A DNA stretch of 64,000 nt from Cyanobacteriota bacterium (GTDB lineage Bacteria > Cyanobacteriota > Cyanobacteriia > Thermostichales > Thermostichaceae), in NCBI GenBank assembly GCA_033764955.1, contig JANRIL010000028.1, forward strand, positions 15,165-79,164. The letters run 5' to 3'. The stretch's first letter is position 1, and the number at the start of each line of letters is the position of its first letter. Made by a program: the position numbers and the translations under genes. Below the pieces are notes generated by a model. The model worked only from the letters and a program-made list of their open reading frames with translations, had not been told where the DNA came from and ran no database searches. Below, in pieces: positions 30,885 to 40,430 of this stretch.

Positions 30885-31685
30885 TCATTCTATGGATCCC
30901 AGCTCTGATTCGGGGTCACTATCCTGCTCGTCGCTCTCTGTCCATGTTCGCTGCCCTTCAGCCGACTCATCGATGCCTGGTTGCTCAAAAGCAGACTCAA
31001 GATCGGCATCCATAACTGTCATGGGTTGGTGGGGTAGCCCCTCCGCCAGATCTGTCTTTTGGGGAGCCATTCCTCTCTCCAAAACCCCTACTACTTCATC
31101 GAAGATTTTGTAGGCAGCAGATCGATCCATTTTCTGCACTTGATCGATCGTCATTAGCATGGGATCCAAACCCAATCGATCGCAGACATAATCTCCCAGG
31201 TGGCCCAACAAAGCATGGATGATAAATGCCCCCAAGCGAGTGTTGACATCTAACTCCCCCTGAGCACACCCCTGCCTGACCAGTTGCCAAATATATTTCA
31301 AAGAGGTAGCACGCGAGGCTTCCAGAGATTCCGCAGCAAAAGGCAACTCACCATAGGTAGCTTGGCGCAAAAAACGATTGAGATGGGGTTGAGCCAGTTC
31401 AAACTCAAAATTGACTTCCATTAACCAGCGTAAATAAGGAAAAAAACCCATCCGTTGGCGCAAAAAGGCAAACTTCTGCTGCATCCCCTGCTCTAAGACA
31501 TAAAGGTAGAGATCCTGTTTATCTTGAAAATATTGGTAGATACTGCCTTTGGCGATGCCTACCTGAGCTACAATCCGCGACACAGAGGCATTAGTGTAAT
31601 CATGTCTGGCAAATTCCTCCACCGCTGCCTCTAAAATGAGTCGTTGTTTGTCTTGAGAAAGATTGAAAAATGTTTGAGTTGGCAT
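30885..31685 (-). CDS. TetR family transcriptional regulator
   Basis: MPTQTFFNL, HTH IAKGSIYQYFQDKQDLY; acidic tail. Confidence 0.9.
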   Translation of the reverse strand: MPTQTFFNLSQDKQRLILEAAVEEFARHDYTNASVSRIVAQVGIAKGSIYQYFQDKQDLYLYVLEQGMQQKFAFLRQRMGFFPYLRWLMEVNFEFELAQPHLNRFLRQATYGELPFAAESLEASRATSLKYIWQLVRQGCAQGELDVNTRLGAFIIHALLGHLGDYVCDRLGLDPMLMTIDQVQKMDRSAAYKIFDEVVGVLERGMAPQKTDLAEGLPHQPMTVMDADLESAFEQPGIDESAEGQRTWTESDEQDSDPESELGSIE

Positions 31686-31732
31686 AAAAGCAAGAGGAGG
31701 CAAAAGGCATAGAACAGAACTTGAGAGGAAAT

Positions 31733-33025
31733 CTATGAGGTTTTTTTAACAAGCTCAGGCCCAGAATACCAAAAGGCAGCCGTTAAACCTAGGGCCAGAA
31801 ACCCATTAAACACCAATCCCCCTGCCAAGCCCCATGGACTGATATCCACAATCAGACCGACCAACAGTGGACCCAAAATAAATCCAGCATCACTAATAGA
31901 CCGAAAGATGCCCATAGCAGGTCCATAGCGATCGTGGGGGGTAACCTCAGCCGTATAAGCACCGGTGGCCGGAATACAGATTCCGGTGGCAATGCTAAAC
32001 AACCCCATGCTCACACAAAAGGGAAGAAGTGTATTGGCCCATGCCAGGAGAAGCAGTGATACAGCACATAAGCCAGAACTCCACAACACCACCAGTTTGT
32101 TCCCAAAACGGTCAATGGCGGATCCGACAAAGGGTAAGGTGAAAAAATTGATAACGGTTGCGGCCATTAGAATAAGTCCGACCGTACCAGCCCCCAAACC
32201 AAAGCGATAGTAAATGGCTAAGGGCAATAAGTTTAGCTTAGCGGCAGTACGGGTAAAGAAGGTGCCAAAGGAGATCAAAGTAATCATTAAAAAGCCAGGG
32301 CTACAGAAAACCAAGCGTAAGTCACTCCCCCAATTCAAAGAATCAGAACCCAGAGAATCAGAACCTACCCTCTGGGAAGGGGGAGCAGTCCTTTTATCAG
32401 GGGATAAAGTTTCTGGCAAAGAGGTCAACGCCACAACGATTGCCAGCAACGCCAATAGACCAAACACCCAAAAGGGAGCACGCAGCCCAAAGTGAGTAGC
32501 AATCCATCCACCAAAGGCTGGCCCTAAGGTTGTCCCTATGGAAACCGCTCCTTGATAAAGCGCCATCATTCGACCACGGGTTGGTGGGGAACTTAGATCC
32601 GCCACAGATGCCATTGCTGAGGTAATATACAGGCCCGAACCCATCCCTTGCCCAATCCGCCATAGTAGTAACAGTAGAAAGTGATCGGTGCCAGCCGCTC
32701 CAAAAGAAGATATTGCCAGGGTAACTAATCCCCCCACCAACAAAGGCCGTCGCCCCCATCGCTGCGATAGGGATCCCGCCGGAATATTGATCAGCAAGCG
32801 GGCAATGCCAAAGACGGTGATAATCATACCCGCCAACGTTACCCCCACCTCAAAGGTTGCTCCGTAAAGCGAGAGGACAGGGGAAACCAAGCCGATACCC
32901 ATCATCACCAACATGACAATGCTCAAGAGGGGAATCAGAGCGGGTTGTTCTGCCACAATAGCCCCCCAGGAGGGGCTAGTTGAGGGAGACGTGGGTGGGG
33001 AAGCCGAAAGTGTTGGACGTGACAT
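31733..33025 (-). CDS. MFS transporter (12 TM, DHA1-like)
   Basis: GSLSQRWGRR motif A, GPAFGG. Confidence 0.9.
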   Translation of the reverse strand: MSRPTLSASPPTSPSTSPSWGAIVAEQPALIPLLSIVMLVMMGIGLVSPVLSLYGATFEVGVTLAGMIITVFGIARLLINIPAGSLSQRWGRRPLLVGGLVTLAISSFGAAGTDHFLLLLLWRIGQGMGSGLYITSAMASVADLSSPPTRGRMMALYQGAVSIGTTLGPAFGGWIATHFGLRAPFWVFGLLALLAIVVALTSLPETLSPDKRTAPPSQRVGSDSLGSDSLNWGSDLRLVFCSPGFLMITLISFGTFFTRTAAKLNLLPLAIYYRFGLGAGTVGLILMAATVINFFTLPFVGSAIDRFGNKLVVLWSSGLCAVSLLLLAWANTLLPFCVSMGLFSIATGICIPATGAYTAEVTPHDRYGPAMGIFRSISDAGFILGPLLVGLIVDISPWGLAGGLVFNGFLALGLTAAFWYSGPELVKKTS

Positions 33026-33062
33026 GATCTCAATCGGTAAGCAACAGCAGGACATGCCTCTC

Positions 33063-34520
33063 TTAGCGGGAACAGAACGCCATTAACAGAGAGAAGACTG
33101 TTCCTGTCAAAAACACTGTTCGATGTCCCCCCATGAACACTTCGGGGCTAAGCCTATTGCCAGAAGCTGTTCCTAACTGAAATAACACCACCCCCAATGT
33201 GGCACCTGTGGCCTGACCGAATACCCGCACAAAGGCAACAATGCTGCCACCCGTGCCCAATTTACCCGATGGCATGGCATTCATTAGGCGGGTGTTGTTG
33301 GGAGCGGAAAAAAGCCCCATACCCAAACCCTGCAGCAAGAGGGGAAGCATCACCTGCCAGGTGGCAGGGGTAGTGGGCAAAATAGCCAGACCAAGCTGTC
33401 CGATCGCTAAGGCCAAGGATCCCAGCCGTGCCAATCGAACTGTCCCATAGCGATCGGCTAGCCATCCCCCAACTGGAGCAAATAAAGCTAGCACTAGCGA
33501 ATAGCCTGTCAACAATAGACCAATTTGAGCAGGCGGCATGGCTAGCCGCTGATCCAAGAAATAGGGCACCATCAAAAGGGTAAAGTAGGCTACCAGAAAC
33601 GACATAAATCCGGTGAAGGCAGCCAAACTCAAGATAGGATCCCGAAACAAGTTGACATCCAACAATGGCTGAAGTGATGCCTGCTGGCGGCGAACAAACC
33701 AGCTCCCCAAACTGAGACCAATCCCTATAACAGCCAGCAGCCGCCAATCCAACCCCCACTCAGGGGCTTGCGACAAACTCAAGATCAGACAAAAAGCTGT
33801 TAGGGCAAAGGTGATGCTTCCCCCCAGATCAACCCGCTGATCTGACTGCACGACCTCCTGCCTCGACAGTCGCCACATAAAGATGTAGGCCAAGCTCCCC
33901 CCTAACAACCCCAAGGGTAGATTGACAAAAAATAGCCATCGCCAACTGGCCGCCTGTAGGATCAAGCCACCAATAGCGGGGCCGCAGAGGGTTCCTACGG
34001 CGGCTGCCGTTGAAAGAAGTCCAATGGCTTTGCCACGGGAGGTTTTGGGAAACACCGCACTCAAAATGGCGATGTTGTTTGCCACTAACATAGTGCTGCC
34101 AACCGCCTGCACAATCCGAAAGCCAATCGCCATTGATAACGTGCTGGAAAGCCCCACTAAAGCGGATCCCAGCACGAAAATAAAAAATCCTAGGTTGTAA
34201 ACTCGCGTTGGACCATAAACATCTGAGAGCCGTCCTATCGTTGGCAAGAGTCCAGCCACCGTAATCAAAAAACCAGACACCATCCATTTGGCAGTTGCCA
34301 GATCTGCCTGCAAAACTCTAGCCATCGTGGGCAGAGCCGTGTTGACAATCCCTGCCGAAGAAGTGGACATAAAAGTACCAACACAAGTCGCCACCAAAAC
34401 CCACCAAGGATTAAAGGGCGGGGATGAGGATGGCTGGGATCCCTCAGGCCGGTTGGGGGTAGGGTTCGTTTCGGGCTGGGGCACAAGCTCCTGTTTCACC
34501 ACCGTCTTTCTCCTCTGCAT
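33063..34520 (-). CDS. MFS transporter (14 TM, DHA2/EmrB-like)
   Basis: NTALP, GRLSDVYG, GPAIGG, WRWLFFVNLP. Confidence 0.9.
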   Translation of the reverse strand: MQRRKTVVKQELVPQPETNPTPNRPEGSQPSSSPPFNPWWVLVATCVGTFMSTSSAGIVNTALPTMARVLQADLATAKWMVSGFLITVAGLLPTIGRLSDVYGPTRVYNLGFFIFVLGSALVGLSSTLSMAIGFRIVQAVGSTMLVANNIAILSAVFPKTSRGKAIGLLSTAAAVGTLCGPAIGGLILQAASWRWLFFVNLPLGLLGGSLAYIFMWRLSRQEVVQSDQRVDLGGSITFALTAFCLILSLSQAPEWGLDWRLLAVIGIGLSLGSWFVRRQQASLQPLLDVNLFRDPILSLAAFTGFMSFLVAYFTLLMVPYFLDQRLAMPPAQIGLLLTGYSLVLALFAPVGGWLADRYGTVRLARLGSLALAIGQLGLAILPTTPATWQVMLPLLLQGLGMGLFSAPNNTRLMNAMPSGKLGTGGSIVAFVRVFGQATGATLGVVLFQLGTASGNRLSPEVFMGGHRTVFLTGTVFSLLMAFCSR

Positions 34521-34671
34521 AAACCTGGCTGCTGGGAGCCTTTCACGTCGGGATCCCTATAGAAGCCAATCAAAAAGGCCAGGAGGACTGCGGGGGGTGC
34601 CTCGCCAAGCCACTGTTTCTGACCTTATTAGCCCATAGACTGAGACCCCGCTCAGTAACCAGCCAAAGGAT

Positions 34672-35298
34672 TCAAACCAGTATGGGTAGACGAGTCCACG
34701 CATTGATCACTTCTTCGGCTGTCGCCACTACACCAAAATGACGATTGATGTTAGCCAGCGTGGCGGCATGGGCATCAGCATGACTGGTGGCTGTACAGTC
34801 GGACAAAAAGACAATGTGATAGTCGAGCATGAAACCATCGCGGGCGGTGGACTCCACGCAAACATTGGTAGCCACACCCGTCATAATCAGGGTCTCTACC
34901 TTGAGCCGTCGCAAAACTTGATCCAACCGCGTGCCGATGAAGGCGCTGTAGCGATGCTTATGAATAATCAAATCCTGGGGTTGCGGCTTCACCCCAAAAA
35001 ACTCTGCTCCAAAGCTACCGGGGCGGCAAATGCTCCTGGAGTGGTGGCTGCGCTCTAGCCAGACATCGGAGTCTGTGGCGTCGGTATGGATAGTCTGAAT
35101 GAAAATAATCGATACCCCAGATTGACGAGCTGCCTCGATCAGCCCATTCAGAGCGGGGACAATCGCTTGAGAGGCTTCAGTACTATACCCTCGCTGCCCT
35201 AGGGAACCCTCAGGATGACAGTAGTCATTTTGCATATCTACCACTATCAAAGCGGTTTTGTGGGGGGCAACTTTTTCGGGTAAAGGCATTTTTGGCAT
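34672..35298 (-). CDS. Isochorismatase-family cysteine amidohydrolase (RutB-like)
   Basis: VDMQND, KHRYSAF, ATNVCVESTARD (Asp-Lys-Cys triad). Confidence 0.9.
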   Translation of the reverse strand: MPKMPLPEKVAPHKTALIVVDMQNDYCHPEGSLGQRGYSTEASQAIVPALNGLIEAARQSGVSIIFIQTIHTDATDSDVWLERSHHSRSICRPGSFGAEFFGVKPQPQDLIIHKHRYSAFIGTRLDQVLRRLKVETLIMTGVATNVCVESTARDGFMLDYHIVFLSDCTATSHADAHAATLANINRHFGVVATAEEVINAWTRLPILV

Positions 35299-35341
35299 GA
35301 TGAGGTTCTCCGTTTAGCGTGAAAGAGTAAAATTGAGACTT

Positions 35342-36346
35342 TTAGGATCCCTTGATAAACTGCATATCGACTAAGGCATCGTAGGAATAAGACCCTTTGT
35401 AGAGACCTGAAGCAATCGGGATCTCCATAGCATTGGTGAGCGCTTGCTCGCTGACAGTGCCATCCAAAGTCCACAGTTGGTCGGCATAGGCACGGTCAAG
35501 AGCTGCCTTGATCAACTCCGGTTTGATGCTGGTAAATTCCTGCTGAGCAATCTCAAAGGCTGCTTCAGGATTATCGTTGACAAATTTGATTCCCTTGAGC
35601 AAAGCATCCACAAAGGCTTGAGCGGTCTCAGGATCTTGGGTGTAAGTAGACTCTTTAACGTTAATGGTGGAGTAGGCATAATCCCCCAATTCGGCCGGAA
35701 AGCTGTAGAAAGGTTCCCCCCACAGACCTTGTTGGATCCCTTGGGTAATCTGTGGCTCGGTGGTATAGGAAATATCCCCCTGCTGGGAGAACTGAGCTAG
35801 GACTGTCCCGCTATCGGCCAGCTCTACCATCTCCACATCTTTGTCGGGATCCAAACCCAAAGAGGTGATGTAGTACCGAGCAAGCAAGTTAGGACTGCCA
35901 CCAAACCGTCCACCCACCACCACTTTGCCTTTCATAAAGTCAGCCATCTGGGAGGGGTCTTCAGGAAGCTGGAGATCGGGCTTAGCCACCATATAAACGT
36001 TGGCTTTGTTGACCACATTGACAATAGTCTTCATGTTTTGACCCTTTTGATTAGCAAAAGCGGCACTCTCCGGCCCACCGATAAAACCCCAGGCATCATC
36101 ACTAATCACCGTCGAAACATGACCTCCGCCAGCGGCTGTCAGGATTTCTACATTCAGCCCCGCTTGCCGAAAGTAGCCCTCCCGCACCGCCACATAGAGG
36201 GGCAAATAGCCTAGGTTGCGGGCAGGTTCTGAGATAGTTAAATTCTTTAGGGATTGAGCCTGTAAAGGAAGGTATGTGGAAAGCAATATCACCAAGCAAG
36301 CAGAAAGAACAGTTACGGCTAGTGACCCAAACGAACGACGACGCAT
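35342..36346 (-). CDS. ABC transporter substrate-binding protein (NMT1/SsuA/TauA type)
   Basis: Signal peptide MRRRSF..., YLPLYVAVREGYF. Confidence 0.9.
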   Translation of the reverse strand: MRRRSFGSLAVTVLSACLVILLSTYLPLQAQSLKNLTISEPARNLGYLPLYVAVREGYFRQAGLNVEILTAAGGGHVSTVISDDAWGFIGGPESAAFANQKGQNMKTIVNVVNKANVYMVAKPDLQLPEDPSQMADFMKGKVVVGGRFGGSPNLLARYYITSLGLDPDKDVEMVELADSGTVLAQFSQQGDISYTTEPQITQGIQQGLWGEPFYSFPAELGDYAYSTINVKESTYTQDPETAQAFVDALLKGIKFVNDNPEAAFEIAQQEFTSIKPELIKAALDRAYADQLWTLDGTVSEQALTNAMEIPIASGLYKGSYSYDALVDMQFIKGS

Positions 36347-36465
36347 AAAGCTCTCCTTGTAAATTAAGGGGAATAAAGGAATGAAAGTAGCAAATGTCTT
36401 AGTTGGATTAACTGGGCTACTGCCACCAAGTCTTAAAAAGGGGCAATGTTTCAAAACCCTTCCAA

Positions 36466-37317
36466 TCAACGGGTAGAGGCTCCCACCCCAGCTTGGAGGC
36501 GAGCTTCGATCACCGCCACAAACCAGTACATCAACATCGCCATGATGCAGAGGGTAAACACAGCCACCCAAATAGATTCCATATCGAAAAGCATGGAGGC
36601 ATTAACGATCATGCGACCTAGCCCACGACGAGAGGAGATGTATTCCCCGACAATAGCGCCCGTCAAGGCCAGACCAATATTGATGCGAAGGGAGGAGAAA
36701 ATCCAAGGCATGCTCCAGGGCACAACCACCTTGGAAAAGACCTGCCAACGATTTGCTCCCAGGGAATAAAGCATCTTTTGCAGATCTTGATCCACGCTTT
36801 TCACCCCCCCATAGGCCGCAATGGCTGTCACAGTAACGGTCAGCATGATGGCGATGGCCACCTTGGAGAGTAATCCGATCCCCAAAGCCAGGATCAAAAT
36901 GGGAGCGAGGGCAATCTTGGGGAGAGCTTGCAGGGTAACCAAGTACGGCTCAACAACTTTGGCGTAGGCATGAGACCACCAAAAAGAAAGTCCAATTGCC
37001 CCTCCCAAGCAAGTACCCAAAATGAAACCCAAGATGGTAGCTTGAGAGGTAAAAAGAATATCTCCAGCTAACTCTCCTGTCACCAGGAATGTCCATGTCC
37101 GAAGAGCTATGGTAGAAGGCATTGACCAAAAGAAGGGATCCAAAATACCTAGGCGCGCTAGGATTTCCCAACTAGCGATCAAGAAGACGACCACGGTAAG
37201 CTGCATCGCCTGAATAACAGCCGGAGGAGCGACAGTTACATCAGAGATCGCACGCCGCCGCGAGGACGACTTAAGGTGTGAGCCGGCCAAGGGTAAGGAA
37301 ATCGTGGCATCTTTCAT
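36466..37317 (-). CDS. ABC transporter permease (NitT/TauT type)
   Basis: PKIALAP, LGA..WQVF EAA loop, GAIVGEY. Confidence 0.93.
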   Translation of the reverse strand: MKDATISLPLAGSHLKSSSRRRAISDVTVAPPAVIQAMQLTVVVFLIASWEILARLGILDPFFWSMPSTIALRTWTFLVTGELAGDILFTSQATILGFILGTCLGGAIGLSFWWSHAYAKVVEPYLVTLQALPKIALAPILILALGIGLLSKVAIAIMLTVTVTAIAAYGGVKSVDQDLQKMLYSLGANRWQVFSKVVVPWSMPWIFSSLRINIGLALTGAIVGEYISSRRGLGRMIVNASMLFDMESIWVAVFTLCIMAMLMYWFVAVIEARLQAGVGASTR

Positions 37318-37377
37318 GACATTACTCGTGACAGATCATTTATTGGGGAGTGCAGGACAAATCATTCGTTAAGGGAG

Positions 37378-38184
37378 TTAGGCTGAGGCTGTCATCATGG
37401 CAGGTTGAATATCCTCGGTATCAGGAGATTCTTCAGCTAATAAATCAAGCAAATAGCCTTTTAGGCGGACAAACTCTCGATCGGTAAAGACATGACGATC
37501 ACGGGGACGAGGCAGAGCAACCTCCAGTACCGTTTTCACCCGTCCTGGACGAGCCGACATCACGACGATCCGATCCGATAAGAAAATCGCCTCGTCGATG
37601 TCATGGGTGACAAACAAAATCGTCTTGTTCATCTCTTGCCAAACCCGTAGTAACCAAGCCTGCATAGTCACCCGTGTCTGAGCATCCAACGCCCCAAATG
37701 GCTCATCCAACAACACGACATCCCGGTCGTAGAGGAGGGTACGGATCAGGGCAGCCCGTTGCCGCATTCCCCCCGATAGTTGAGTCGGACGACAGTGGGC
37801 AAAGTCCCCCAACCCATAGCGCTGCATTAAATCCATTGCCTTGGGAACCGACTGGGATTTCGGGATCCCGCTCACTTCCATGCCCAAGATGACGTTCCCT
37901 AAAATTGACCGCCAAGGCAGGAGGAGATCTTTTTGCAGCATGTAGCTAACAATGCCCGCCTGCGCCGTAACATCCTCACCGTCAATCAGAATCACCCCTG
38001 TGGTGGGAGAACTCAACCCAGCAATCAGGTTAAAGAGGGTGGATTTGCCACAACCACTAGGGCCAATGATGCTAGTGAAACGCCCTTCTGGGAATTCCAA
38101 AGTGGTAGGAGTAAGAGCCTGCACAATACCCCCCTGAGCTACCACAAAGGTTTTGGATAAATCTCGGATTTCTAGCATGGGCAT
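37378..38184 (-). CDS. ABC transporter ATP-binding protein (NitT/TauT type)
   Basis: GPSGCGKS, LSGGMRQR, LLDEPF, THD. Confidence 0.95.
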   Translation of the reverse strand: MPMLEIRDLSKTFVVAQGGIVQALTPTTLEFPEGRFTSIIGPSGCGKSTLFNLIAGLSSPTTGVILIDGEDVTAQAGIVSYMLQKDLLLPWRSILGNVILGMEVSGIPKSQSVPKAMDLMQRYGLGDFAHCRPTQLSGGMRQRAALIRTLLYDRDVVLLDEPFGALDAQTRVTMQAWLLRVWQEMNKTILFVTHDIDEAIFLSDRIVVMSARPGRVKTVLEVALPRPRDRHVFTDREFVRLKGYLLDLLAEESPDTEDIQPAMMTASA

Positions 38185-38233
38185 TTTTTACTTAATCATG
38201 GATTTAGTTGTAGCGGCCTCAGCTCTAAAATAA

Positions 38234-38249
38234 TGTAAATTAAGATACA
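38234..38249. promoter_or_regulatory. NtcA binding site
   Basis: TGTA-AATTAAGA-TACA (GTA-N8-TAC) about 50 nt upstream of the ABC ATPase. Confidence 0.75.
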
Positions 38250-38460
38250 AAATTAGATGTTTTTCTTTTATTTTTCTTTGATATGACTTAGCGGTCATTT
38301 TGTTTTAGCGATTGATTGACGAATCGTTTTAGCAATTTTCGCTACTTAGCTATCCCAGGCTCTTTCCCTCTCGGTCTCAGTCTGGGCTGGCCAAAATCCC
38401 GAAAAATCTGGCTAAACTGTGATGAGTTTTATCAGACATATACGTGTATTCATTATGTTT

Positions 38461-38502
38461 TGTATCTGGAGATACAAAACGACTCATATTTGTTGATAGT
38501 CT
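38461..38502 (+). promoter_or_regulatory. NtcA-activated promoter
   Basis: TGTA-TCTGGAGA-TACA (38461-38476); TAGTCT (TAN3T) 21 nt after the TAC. Confidence 0.8.
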
Positions 38503-38676
38503 AACGATTGGCTTAGTTTCGAGCTTAAAATTATAAAAATGACTTGCTAGTCATGGCGACTAATCGCTGAAGTTATGAGGTCTCTTGTTTTTGCAAAATA
38601 ACTTGCAAGATCCATTGATGTCTTCTGTAGCAGGGAGACTATTTGCTTGTCCCATCCCTACTTGAGGTCAGCCACG

Positions 38677-40368
38677 ATGAAACCCAAAATTGCCATTTTT
38701 TCTGGCCCAACAGCTACGATCCATAACAGTGAGCCGCTAGTAACCAGCAATAAAGCCCGTGCCCACTACGGATTACCCCTGTTGCGGGATGAGGACGGAG
38801 ATCCTTTGCGTTTTGATGTCTTACGTCCTCAACGCTTGGCCGCTCCGGTAAAAGTTTATATTGAGCAGTTCAGTGCTCACCCGCTAGAGCAGGATGCCTG
38901 TGAATTGTATGCACCTCCCGATGGGTATTTGGATGGCAGTGGTATATTTCACCGTCAGCCACAATCTCCGCAGGATAAGCCTGTTTATGAGGTGATTCTC
39001 CAGCCTGAAGACGGCTTATATCCTTTGCCGTATATGGCTCGTCAGGCAAATGGCTCAGCTTGGGAGGATGACTGTGCTTATGCTGGCGCGCCACCCGAAC
39101 ATAGCCGCCAGCCTTTTTATCCCGACGCCTCACGGATTGTCGAAGAAATCGACCGACTGGGTTATGGCCACGCAGGCATTGGCAGCTTACTCTCCTCGCG
39201 GGCGCGCTTTGCTTACTACCGAGCGGCTCCCCCTGGAGGCTATAAAAAAGGCTTACCTGCCCAGCAACGCACGGATGTAGGGACAGGAGATATTCTGCCG
39301 GAGCGGATGGGGCAGGATTTTTTCCCCTATCGCCCCCGTCACCTTGCTCAAGAGCCTTCGTTAGCAACCTTGGCTCATCTAACCAATGTGGTGGCCGAAG
39401 CGATGGCCGATCCTGAGTGCGCCGGCGGAATCTGGCTAGAGGGATCCCCTTCTACGGAGGAAACCACCTATTGGCTGAATCTGTTGATCGATACAACCCT
39501 GCCGATTGTTGGTAATGCTTCCCAACGTCCCCACGGGGCGGTGAGTAATGATGGGGATCGCAATATCATCGACTCGGTAACCTATATCCTCTCGAAAATC
39601 TGGGCGGATGAAACCGGTAAGGATCAGGTGGGTGGAGTGATGATTCAAGAAGAGCAGATCTTTGCTGCCCGTGATGTGCAGAAAGGAGATGCTCGTCCGG
39701 GGGGATATGTGGCCACTGGTGGACATGGTGGCATTATCGGTACGATTGGCGATCCGGATCCGGCTACTCTCACCTATTTGCCCAACAAGCGCCATACCCA
39801 CACTTCCCTGGTCAATCTCAGCCACATTCCTCTTTCAGTCTTGGGTACGAAGAAAGACCTGTCGGGTCAGTTGGTGCCGCTACCGATTGCGGTGAAAGAT
39901 GAGGCAGGCAAGCTCTTGGCCACAGCCATTCCTAAGGTGACTCTGGCCAAATATAGTCGTTACCAGTTGGATAGCACGGATGACGACATCGCTGGAGAAG
40001 TGGAGTTGATGGCTCGTCTTGAGAAAAATTTGCAGGATTTCCCATTAGCCGGATTTGTTGTAGAGGGCAAATCTCCCTATGGGCGAGGCAATGAGACGAT
40101 GGAGGCTGTTCTGGAACAAGCAGCTCATTGCGGAATGCCTGTCGTGAAGGTGGGGAGAGGGAATGCCGATGGCTTTGCCACATCTGGCAGTTGGTGGATT
40201 GGGGGTAGTAATTTAACCGCCACCAAGGCTCGTTTACTGTTGATGGCCTGTTTACTCCGTTTCGGCAGTTTGCCTGTTGCTCAGAATCCAACCGCTCCCA
40301 CCCCAGCCGAAACAGCGGCTCTCAAGCAAAAGGTAGCCATCTATCAGGAGATTTTCAACTCCCACTAA
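38677..40368 (+). CDS. Atypical asparaginase/glutaminase-fold amidohydrolase
   Basis: FSGPTATI, EGSPSTEETTYWL, ASQRP, DGDRNI, LTATKARLLL. Confidence 0.75.
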   Translation: MKPKIAIFSGPTATIHNSEPLVTSNKARAHYGLPLLRDEDGDPLRFDVLRPQRLAAPVKVYIEQFSAHPLEQDACELYAPPDGYLDGSGIFHRQPQSPQDKPVYEVILQPEDGLYPLPYMARQANGSAWEDDCAYAGAPPEHSRQPFYPDASRIVEEIDRLGYGHAGIGSLLSSRARFAYYRAAPPGGYKKGLPAQQRTDVGTGDILPERMGQDFFPYRPRHLAQEPSLATLAHLTNVVAEAMADPECAGGIWLEGSPSTEETTYWLNLLIDTTLPIVGNASQRPHGAVSNDGDRNIIDSVTYILSKIWADETGKDQVGGVMIQEEQIFAARDVQKGDARPGGYVATGGHGGIIGTIGDPDPATLTYLPNKRHTHTSLVNLSHIPLSVLGTKKDLSGQLVPLPIAVKDEAGKLLATAIPKVTLAKYSRYQLDSTDDDIAGEVELMARLEKNLQDFPLAGFVVEGKSPYGRGNETMEAVLEQAAHCGMPVVKVGRGNADGFATSGSWWIGGSNLTATKARLLLMACLLRFGSLPVAQNPTAPTPAETAALKQKVAIYQEIFNSH

Positions 40369-40430
40369 GAGTCTGCTACCACCCACCTTCACCACGGTTC
40401 TGTTGCCCAGATAACCAGGACACGGGATCC

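Noticed and set aside
36347..36571. N-terminal extension of the ABC substrate-binding protein in the ORF track
   Set aside because: It overlaps the permease; the signal peptide begins at the ATG at 36346.
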